Shown: positions 56,300 to 64,000 of the stretch, one piece after another | How the letters are laid out: every line of letters starts with the position of its first letter | Numbering within the stretch: the first letter of the stretch is position 1 | Virus record (IMG/VR): IMGVR_UViG_2928595623_000002 | Span: 8,170-72,169 of that record | Direction: 5' to 3' (one strand) | Length of the DNA stretch: 64,000 nt | Source of the DNA: a virus | Taxonomy: Duplodnaviria; Caudoviricetes | The notes under the pieces: model-generated | What the model was told of the DNA's origin: nothing | Seen by the model: only the letters and a program-made list of their open reading frames with translations | The model's database searches: none | Translations under genes and position numbers: made by a program

Positions 56300-57289
56300 A
56301 TGTATCTTTGCGGTGAAGGCATCGATGAAATATTGATCGAACTCTATCCGCTCCTTCTCGCGGGCGGGGTGGCTAACGTTGGCAGCCGCGGTGAAATGCG
56401 GGAAGAGCTAGGGGTAACGTTCCGTATGACGAAACCTAGGGCTCGGATCAGTCGATCACAAGATCGTGGCAAACCGTTTAGCGCCCTAGGGGAACTACTG
56501 TGGTATCTTGGAGGTCTCAATACGCTTGAGTTCATCAAGGAATACATCCCTGACTACGCAGAGGATGCTGAAGAAGGTATATTGGCTGGAGCCTATGGTC
56601 CACGGATCCATTCGATGCGCGGGAGCATCAACCAGCTTGAGAACGTCACCACGCTTCTAAAAGCCAATTCTACATCCAAGCGTGCAGTAATACAGCTCTA
56701 TGACGCTGCGGACATAGCAGTTCATCACAAGGAGATTCCGTGTACAACTGCATTGCAATTCATTGCGCGGGACGGCCGTCTTCACATGTCCACGACGATG
56801 CGGTCGAACGACGCGTACAAAGGCCTTCCGCATGACGTGTTCTGCTTCACCATGCTCCAGGAGATGATGGCAACTCGCCTTGGCCTCGATCTGGGTGAAT
56901 ACATTCACTTTGCCTCTAGCATGCATGTATATGACGGCTCGATCGAAGCGATGAAGCAGTATGTGCGCGAAGGACATCAGAAGACAGTACAGATGCCCGA
57001 AATGCCCCCGGGCGACGCATTCTCCATTACCGACATCTTGTTGCGGGCTGAGGGGGAGATCAGAGCGGGAAAGAAAATCAGCGCGGCCGACTTCTCGAGC
57101 GAACACTATTGGGCTGACATAATTCGTCTTCTTCAGGTATTCTGGGCTACTAAAAGGCGGAATGCGCCGGGTTTTGAAGATCTCACCGAGCTAAAAGCCG
57201 AATTCCAGGACGATGTTTATCGAGCCTATCTGGATAGACGATTGAAGACCCGAATCCTGCGAGACGCCAAAATAATTGGAGCAGTTTGA
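56300..57289 (+). CDS. Thymidylate synthase/dCMP hydroxymethylase-like enzyme
   Basis: ELLWYL, GAYGPRI, IPCT, RSND, GLPHD, HVY. Confidence 0.88.
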   Translation: MYLCGEGIDEILIELYPLLLAGGVANVGSRGEMREELGVTFRMTKPRARISRSQDRGKPFSALGELLWYLGGLNTLEFIKEYIPDYAEDAEEGILAGAYGPRIHSMRGSINQLENVTTLLKANSTSKRAVIQLYDAADIAVHHKEIPCTTALQFIARDGRLHMSTTMRSNDAYKGLPHDVFCFTMLQEMMATRLGLDLGEYIHFASSMHVYDGSIEAMKQYVREGHQKTVQMPEMPPGDAFSITDILLRAEGEIRAGKKISAADFSSEHYWADIIRLLQVFWATKRRNAPGFEDLTELKAEFQDDVYRAYLDRRLKTRILRDAKIIGAV

Positions 57290-57290
57290 C

Positions 57291-58208
57291 ATGTGGCCGA
57301 CTAGGCAGCAACAACGTGAGCGAATTTCCAAAGCTCTTCATATCCATTCGGTCAACATCCGGCACCTTCCCGGTGTGGCGGAGAACCTTGGGAGAGACAC
57401 GCTCGCAATGCAATTCGTCGCAAGCCTGCGACGCGAAGATTATTACAGGTACGTCCAAGAAAAGGCCGTTTCGGCAAGAAAAGCAGATCCGAATTCAGGG
57501 ACTTTCGACGCGGAGCGGGCAGTTGCATATCATATGCAGAACGGCAACGTCGAAGAGGCCGCATGGCTTCTATTTCTTATGACGCATTTCGCCCGGCCAG
57601 CGTCGTCCGGATGGCTCCGACTGCAACAGGTATACGGCCGCCTTGGGACGGGCGTTTGGGACTGGCAGACTGTATCAAATAATCCTCTGGCAATGATTTC
57701 TTGGCTCGCTGCGAATTGGATGAGCATCGGCGGGAAGTTCGGAAATCATCGGAAGTACGAAAGCCTGCGTCCGAATTCCAATAGGAGCTTCAGCGACGTT
57801 CTGCTCAGCTACCTAGGCTGGATAGGACCTGCCGGACACCAAGCATTTTTCGCGGCGAAAACACAGCAGGCGGGCAACAATCCCGCGACTATATTTGATG
57901 CTCTCTATAGGAGCATGAATGTGACAACCTTTGGGCGCCTTGCGAAGTTCGACTACCTGACACTGATCGGGCGGTATGGAATTGCTCCAGTCGAGCCGGG
58001 ATCGGCCTATTTCAAGGGTGCAACGGGCCCTGCATCCGGAGCCCGGCTTCTGTTCACCGGGGCACGCACAAGTTCTGCAACGGAAACGCAGCTCCAGATC
58101 TGGGTGGACGAGCTCGATGCCAGTCTTCACGTAGGGATGGCCGTAATGGAGGATGCCTTATGCAATTGGCAAAAGAGCCCAACCGCTTTCGTCCATTTCA
58201 AAGGATAG
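57291..58208 (+). CDS. aGPT-pyrophosphorylase clade 3-like protein (HhH-glycosylase fold)
   Basis: EA.WL.FL.THF, FGNHRKYESL, FGRLAKFDYL, TGP..GARLLF, MEDALCNWQK. Confidence 0.75.
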   Translation: MWPTRQQQRERISKALHIHSVNIRHLPGVAENLGRDTLAMQFVASLRREDYYRYVQEKAVSARKADPNSGTFDAERAVAYHMQNGNVEEAAWLLFLMTHFARPASSGWLRLQQVYGRLGTGVWDWQTVSNNPLAMISWLAANWMSIGGKFGNHRKYESLRPNSNRSFSDVLLSYLGWIGPAGHQAFFAAKTQQAGNNPATIFDALYRSMNVTTFGRLAKFDYLTLIGRYGIAPVEPGSAYFKGATGPASGARLLFTGARTSSATETQLQIWVDELDASLHVGMAVMEDALCNWQKSPTAFVHFKG

Positions 58209-58214
58209 TAGCCC

Positions 58215-59315
58215 TTAGACTGTAGCCGGATTGATCTGGCTCCAGTCCCATGTACGCTTTAGATAGTTCAGCTTGTTGGGTTCTACCATTCCGCGATGCT
58301 GCATTTGGCCGACAGTCAGGCCTGGAGCCACTCCGATCGAGACACTGAACCGTACGATATCGTCACGTTCGGGTTTGATGCGTTGGAATTCTGACTCGCG
58401 AAGCGGAGGAATTACGCATTCCGCCGCAAACTCATTCGCTTCGCTTTCCCGATCGGCGTCACCAGGCAATGCATCGCCATCGACGAAGGTGTTCGCTTTA
58501 TGAAGCACCAGATGTCCGATTTCGTGGAAAACAGTAAACCAGAACTGGTCATCGCGCTTGTAGCGAAAGCTCAGCAAAAGCATTGCCTTGTCGGGATCAA
58601 CCATGCGTATCGCTCCGCTTGCACGACAGCCATCCGGAGCCTTCACGACAACTAGAGCAACTCCAGCTTCTGCGCATAGTGTTTTTAGCTTCGGCAGGAA
58701 CAACTGCGGATGGCGAATCATGGAAAGCTTGCGGATTTCTCGGAGTCGATCCAACAAATTTTCGGCGCTCCATACTCGCGTCTGGACCATATCGGCTTCG
58801 AGTTCACCACGCCGAAGCCAGAGAAGGGTCGCATCTTCTTTTGATGCGTAGGTCTTCGAGGTGCGATAATCCGTTTCTCCGACCAGACGTCCATAGCGGC
58901 CAGCCCAAGATTGTGCATCCGGGACGTTGAAGAAAACTAGTCTCCTACGCAGCTCAGCAGCGCGGCGTTCCAAAGACAGCTTTCCTCGCGCCTTCGGGCC
59001 AGGGGCAGGCAGGCGTAACAACAGCTCCTCTTGACCACTTTCTTGAACTTGAGAGACTGCACGATCGACCGCGATATCGAAATTCTCCTGCCGCTTCAGC
59101 CAGAATTTTGCTGTCGCGCCAAGCATCGCCGAAAGCGTCGACGCCGTGGGACCATCGATTTGCCGCGACCCGTCTATCAGGCCGCGAACGGCGTCAAGGC
59201 CATCCTCGAAGCTCTCAGCAAGATCATGCGCGGAAATGTTTCGTTGCTGCATAATTACACGGATCGAGTCGCCAGGTTTCGAAAACCAATTGGCCGTAGC
59301 GTTCTCGTCAATCAT
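58215..59315 (-). CDS. HigA-like HTH fused to ImmA/IrrE metallopeptidase
   Basis: PGD.I..., FWL.RQ; FWFTVFHEIGH; E.EANEFA. Confidence 0.85.
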   Translation of the reverse strand: MIDENATANWFSKPGDSIRVIMQQRNISAHDLAESFEDGLDAVRGLIDGSRQIDGPTASTLSAMLGATAKFWLKRQENFDIAVDRAVSQVQESGQEELLLRLPAPGPKARGKLSLERRAAELRRRLVFFNVPDAQSWAGRYGRLVGETDYRTSKTYASKEDATLLWLRRGELEADMVQTRVWSAENLLDRLREIRKLSMIRHPQLFLPKLKTLCAEAGVALVVVKAPDGCRASGAIRMVDPDKAMLLLSFRYKRDDQFWFTVFHEIGHLVLHKANTFVDGDALPGDADRESEANEFAAECVIPPLRESEFQRIKPERDDIVRFSVSIGVAPGLTVGQMQHRGMVEPNKLNYLKRTWDWSQINPATV

Positions 59316-59638
59316 GGTACTTCCGATATGGCTGTGAGCTTCACAAATTCAACACTGGCCCAGTCAATTCGTCCAGCGTCGGTCAGTGCGACGTTTTGGT
59401 CCACGTTCACGAACGTCGCCCTGTACCTTGAACCGATCGCTACTTCAAAGCTCTCATCGCTGTTAATGGTCACGTTTCCCCCAAGAAATTCATGCCACTC
59501 GTGAACATTTTCGAATGCCTCCGCGTTGGCGAGTTCGGTCACTAGGCGGTCAGCATACGTTCTTCCAAGCCGCTGCTCAGCTATATCCCGATTCAGGCAA
59601 CAGTGCTTAAGGCCGGCCGTTCCATATGAAATCTGCAT
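59312..59638 (-). CDS. HigB/RelE-like toxin
   Basis: MQISY...L...C; G..A..L; IDW..V..V.L..I; upstream of and overlapping HigA-ImmA. Confidence 0.6.
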   Translation of the reverse strand: MQISYGTAGLKHCCLNRDIAEQRLGRTYADRLVTELANAEAFENVHEWHEFLGGNVTINSDESFEVAIGSRYRATFVNVDQNVALTDAGRIDWASVEFVKLTAISEVP

Positions 59639-59708
59639 TCGTGATTGAGCGTCCGCTTCCGCAATATTCAGTGTTGAGGCTTGCGCCGCGCTGTTTGACT
59701 GGGTTTTG

Positions 59709-60074
59709 TTATTGCGGCAGGGCTGATCCTTGGGCTTTGGCCGCTTGCTTCGCGCGGATGCGATCGATGTGTGCCCAGTTTCTATCGAGCTCGTGCTCTC
59801 CCGCTTCGTCCATACCAACCCCTGAGGCGTTGCAAAGTGCCGCCAACGTCACCATCACTCCGCCAACCTCCTGGTGGATATCGCCTGGCGGTCTTCCGAA
59901 CACATATTCCACAAGTTGGTGAGCTTCTTCCTTAGTACAGGCGTTCGCCTGCGCGAGTTCGAGTGATTCCTCAAGGAAGCGATGATTACGCTCGCGCAAG
60001 TCAAGGTGCGCCGACTTCGGGAAACACGCGACAACCCACTGCCGCACACGGTATTGAAACGAGTTGGACTGCAT
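59709..60074 (-). CDS. MazG-like all-alpha NTP pyrophosphatase family protein
   Basis: FQ.RV..W...CF; RFLEE.LEL; QEVGG. Confidence 0.55.
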   Translation of the reverse strand: MQSNSFQYRVRQWVVACFPKSAHLDLRERNHRFLEESLELAQANACTKEEAHQLVEYVFGRPPGDIHQEVGGVMVTLAALCNASGVGMDEAGEHELDRNWAHIDRIRAKQAAKAQGSALPQ

Positions 60075-60485
60075 CTCTACTCCTCGAACACGGTTATAGA
60101 AGACACTGAGTCTGAGATACATGCAAGTTCAAGGAGTGCAGCTAGGTCCTCTAGGCAATATAGGTTGTGCATAAGGTGTAGATTTGCCTTGCGACCGACC
60201 TGGTTCTCTTTCGACAGATAATGCATTCTGAATAGCCCCTAGATTTGCAGGCGCCTTTTCCCATAAATTTTGAGGCAGGAGAACTACATCGGCAAAGTCA
60301 GTTTCACGGAAGAGGCAGGCTAAGGGCCATGTTCTCAAGCCTGAGGGACCCATGGCTCGCATGTTTAATATCTCCGCCTTGATTCACGCCTATGATTATG
60401 GATATCGGTTTGATCGCGAGAAACTCCAAGTACAGGCAGTGATTTGGGGGCTCGGGGCGGCAACACTAGTTTTGGGGATCGAGAC

Positions 60486-61361
60486 ATGGCGGTTTCTCCG
60501 AAGAGTTCGGATACTTCGACTGGTGAGCAGAATAAGGCTGTCGTTGAGGCTTTGGCGAAGCTAGCAGCTCAAAACGAAATTGTTGCAAACGTTCAAGCGC
60601 AGATCGGGCATATGAATGCATCTATGGCCGCGTTTATGTCGCGTTTGGGCCAGCTTATGGCCGTCGTGTCTATTGGTGTAGGTCTCGTTGGAGTCTGGCA
60701 ACTTAGTCAACAAAACCAACGGATCACGGACGCGGTGGCTCAATCAGAACGAAACGAGCGTGAGCGAGAGGAGAGGTTTAAGAAACTCACTGAGTTTTGG
60801 TCTGTGTCGGAGATTATAATAACAAACCAAAGAAATCTGACAGATTACATCTATGCTGTTCCTGAATTGGTAATGACGCCTCTTGGTGAAAATGCTAAGG
60901 TGTGGAGTGCGAAGATATCGTTTAATGTGAAGTTAGAGTTTAGAGGATCGACGACAGCTAAGTTGAATTCATTAAATATCATATTGAACAGGGAGTTTGT
61001 TGATAATTTTTACCTGGGAAATGAGCAAACTAGGAGGATGGAGGAGGCCGAGAAGACCTTCGACCTTGGATCTATAACCATGGTTAGCGGGGCGCCGAAG
61101 AGTCCCGTAATTAACCTTAGAGTTCTAGTTGGAAGTTGTGAAGCAGCGAAAGCGCATTTGGAAAAGCTTAGTCGGCTGGATTTTTTTGGCGACATAAGAA
61201 TTTCTCCAGTTTTTGAAGTGGCAAATCAGCCTCCTACCGCGCAGATGTTCAAAGTAAAATTGGTGATGGACCCGTCCATACTTAATTGTGATATGTTAAC
61301 CGGAAAGGTATCGCCAACGATTTCCATGCCATCAAATTCCAGCGATCAATCACCAAACTGA
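60486..61361 (+). CDS. Low-GC single-TM cargo protein
   Basis: TM flanked by coiled coils; AT-rich codons. Confidence 0.55.
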   Translation: MAVSPKSSDTSTGEQNKAVVEALAKLAAQNEIVANVQAQIGHMNASMAAFMSRLGQLMAVVSIGVGLVGVWQLSQQNQRITDAVAQSERNEREREERFKKLTEFWSVSEIIITNQRNLTDYIYAVPELVMTPLGENAKVWSAKISFNVKLEFRGSTTAKLNSLNIILNREFVDNFYLGNEQTRRMEEAEKTFDLGSITMVSGAPKSPVINLRVLVGSCEAAKAHLEKLSRLDFFGDIRISPVFEVANQPPTAQMFKVKLVMDPSILNCDMLTGKVSPTISMPSNSSDQSPN

Positions 61362-61855
61362 CTGATGCTCTGACTTTGACTTAGCAAAATGTCGTTTCGG
61401 GTAGAGGAGGGCAGCCTATACCCTAGCCCTCTATCAATGGCGGGAAACCTTTTTTATCGCTGCGACCTCTATTTTGTTGAATTCGTTCTTTAAATTACGA
61501 TTATTCGTGTTTTCCGCCACGGTGCGGGAATCCCATTTGGCTTTTTGCCGTGTTTTTTGGTGGAGCAGGCTGGGTTGGTTCGCGGGTCTGAAGTTCTGAA
61601 CGCTTGGTTTTCAATGGCTTAAAGATGCCTTGAAGCCTCTTTGAGGATCAGGCCGCAATTTTGAGCCCGTCGTGCTCGAGGGCGTGATTGCAGGTGCCTG
61701 GGTGCGCTGCCGGCGTCTGCGATATCAAATTCAACGATCGCGCCTCTCGCGCAGAGATCCCCGCAAGGCCGAGATTTTCAGGCCTTTCCCGCGCCTTCCC
61801 GATTAATCCCGGTTATTCCCGGTTTGTCCGGATCTCTGTGTCAAACAACACTCGT

Positions 61856-63020
61856 GTTGCAGCAAATCGTGCGCGGGCAAAGGCGGTCGAGGTAGATGCT
61901 GCCTTCCAGAAGGCAAAGCTGGGACTGCCTAGTGAGCTGACGACGGCTTCCAAAGTAGCGATCAGCCAACTCGAAACAGCGGCGCGACTTTATCTGTACG
62001 ACCAAGAACGCGCTCATCGAGGTTCAACGCCCGACGAAAATGACCAGATGGATGCTTCCGAAATGCTGACCTATCTCGGAAGCGATTATGAAGCCTGGGC
62101 CGGAATGATTCACAAGCTGGCGGAAGAATTGGCAGACAATTACAAGCTGCCCATAAAGCCGGGCGATAAGAACTGGCTTGAGTTTATCGACCTCCTCCAC
62201 CGCGCAGAAGTTGAGCATCAGCATCGACGGCTAGATCGGGCACGCCATCTGCGGAGTTTTAAGACCCATGATAAGTTCTTTGAAGAAGTGTACGACGGAG
62301 CCGCCAGACCAAACATTCAGGTCCTGACAGCGAATACCCTCGGAGACGTTATCAATCGTTTTGAGAGCGATCCCCACAGAAAACACCTCACGGAAAGTGC
62401 AGGAAAAAAATACATTATTCCGTTGGCTGCATTGCGCGAAGTGGTCGGTGACGAGATCCCGATTTCAGCAATCACACGGGCCCAATGCGCCGAGACAATA
62501 GATATCATTGCGCGCCTACCATCAAATTATACGAAATACAGAGAATTCAAAGGGAAGACGCTACGAGATATAAGTTTGATTTCCGAAGAGAGCGGACGGA
62601 AACTTTTGGCGAGAGGCACTGTCGAAGTATACGCTCACCACCTCTCCGCATTTTTCAACTTCGCGCTACAAAAGGGGCTTTGCGAAACAAATCCCGCAAC
62701 GCGATTAACACCAAAAGGCGTCAATAGCGAAGGGGGAAGAGTACCATTTCTTCCCGATGAACTGCAGCGGATGATTAACGGTCTACCCGAATGGTGTGAT
62801 TGGGAGCGTAATGGGCGGTTTTGGGTGCCGATGATAGCGCTGTATTCAGGTATGAGAATAGGCGAGATCATCTGGCTTACCCAAGAGGATCTGCAGATCG
62901 ATAGTGGTCATCATGTGTTTGTTCTCACGCGAACTACCGACCGCAGTTTAAAAACACCGGGCTCAGCTCGCAAAATTCCGATACACTCGACACTTATTTA
63001 TTTAGGTATTTTATCATTGA
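61856..63020 (+). pseudogene. 3' part of tyrosine integrase, truncated by IS3 end
   Basis: SGMRIGEI and SLKT...R.IP.H present; HxxR and catalytic Tyr missing. Confidence 0.85.
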
Positions 63021-63327
63021 TGACCTGAGACCCAAATTCCCTCCAGTTTTCGGGAGAGTCTCGGGTTTCTAATCTGGCCTCATGCGGCCTGTTTTTCCAT
63101 AGCTATTCTCATTGCAAACTCGCTGGGGGTTATGTTGCCCAGCGACGAGTGGGGTCTGTTCCTGTTGTAATCCTCCTTCCATGTGGTGATGACGGCTCTG
63201 GCTTGGGTGAGCGACGAGAACAAGGTCTCGTTGAGGCACTCGTCGCGGAAGCTGCCGTTGAAGCTTTCGACGAAGCCGTTTTGCATCGGCTTGCCGGGTG
63301 CGATGTAGTGCCATTCGACCTTGCCTC
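63021..63327 (-). mobile_element. IS3-family remnant (terminal repeat plus 3' end of orfB)
   Basis: TGACCTG.. end; [23 protein letters not shown]...YN..RPHSSLG. Confidence 0.85.
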
Positions 63328-63436
63328 AATGGGAAAACTGAGAATGCAAAACATTCGTCCCACACAAATCATTCTTGCTTTTTGGAACGCTTCGTCCCAA
63401 TATGTCTTGGATGCTATGAAACATTTGGGGCGAAAA

Positions 63437-64000
63437 ATGATAGTCGGGTACGCGCGCACCTCAACAGTCGAACAGGTTGCCGGGCTGGAGGCTCAGGAAA
63501 GAGACTTGGCTGCAGCGGGAGCCCAGAAGCAGTTCAGCGAACGCGTTTCCTCTGTTGCGGAACGAGCCGAACTCAAAAAGGCGCTCGACTACTTGCGAGA
63601 TGGAGACGTGTTCGTCGTCACTAAACTGGATCGGCTCGCTCGGTCGGTACCGGACTTGGTCAGCATCGTGGAAGTAATTGCCGCGAAGGGCGCATCGCTG
63701 AAGATCCTGAATCTTAATCTCGATACCACCACCCCGACCGGAAAACTCATGTTGAACCTGCTGGGGAGCATTGCTCAGTTCGAACGCGAACTCATGCTTG
63801 AGAGGCAAAGAGAAGGAATCGCTAAAGCAAAGGCCGAGGGAAAATACAAAGGTCGGGCGCCAACTGCCCGGAACAAGACTTCTGAAGTCTTGGCCCTGTC
63901 TCAAGACGGAATAGGACCGGCAGAGATTTCTCGTCGCTTGGGCATCGGCAGATCCTCCGTCTATCGCATCTTGGAAAATGCCGACGTTTCTGGATCATAA
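63437..64000 (+). CDS. Serine recombinase (resolvase/invertase) with HTH
   Basis: GYARTST.EQ, VTKLDRLARS, FERELMLERQREGI. Confidence 0.93.
   Translation: MIVGYARTSTVEQVAGLEAQERDLAAAGAQKQFSERVSSVAERAELKKALDYLRDGDVFVVTKLDRLARSVPDLVSIVEVIAAKGASLKILNLNLDTTTPTGKLMLNLLGSIAQFERELMLERQREGIAKAKAEGKYKGRAPTARNKTSEVLALSQDGIGPAEISRRLGIGRSSVYRILENADVSGS

Larger units (their letters stand above)
44502..61850 (-). mobile_element. Deleted Mu-like transposable prophage (mini-Mu)
   Basis: TG...CA ends; CTCGT duplicated at 44497-44501 and 61851-61855; TTTGACAC-N3-GATCCGGAC end repeats; c/ner, tail and Dam genes. Confidence 0.93.

Noticed and set aside
61688-63028. Intact 446-aa integrase from the ORF track
   Set aside because: The N-terminus is read-through of the Mu end, the true start is 44370, and C-terminal catalytic residues are lost to the IS3 remnant
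63149-63436. N-terminal extension of the resolvase
   Set aside because: Antisense of the IS3 remnant; the real start is MIVGYAR at 63437

Overview
Accessory region of a Rhizobiaceae-like alphaproteobacterial chromosome (inferred from gene families and GC content), built from nested mobile elements. (1) 1-44260: most of a temperate siphovirus-type prophage. It runs from a leftward early operon through the cI/cro switch (17-bp operators), a rightward early/replication operon with methyltransferases, a NusG-type late antiterminator, an ncRNA/tRNA-Arg cluster, terminase-portal-capsid-tail genes, an antirepressor/moron insert, an SGNH tail spike and lysis genes. It ends at a tRNA-3'-end-like att core (CCTCCGGGCCCACCA). 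(2) 44370-63028: the tyrosine integrase gene of a second island, split in frame by element 3. (3) 44502-61850: a 17.3-kb internally deleted Mu-like transposable prophage with TG...CA ends and a 5-bp CTCGT target duplication. Its cargo is a thymidylate-synthase-like enzyme with Asp at the Asn177 position, an aGPT-Pplase3-like protein, and a MazG-like/HigB/HigA-ImmA operon. The integrase is further truncated by an IS3 remnant and followed by a serine resolvase. The most novel-looking signals are a ~360-nt ORF-free, multi-branched structured RNA candidate at the lambda rex position beside cI, an array of stem-closed, partly tRNA-like RNA cassettes in the late leader, and the Mu-borne nucleotide-modification/TA cassette. 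All product calls come from motif recognition by eye; no database search was run.
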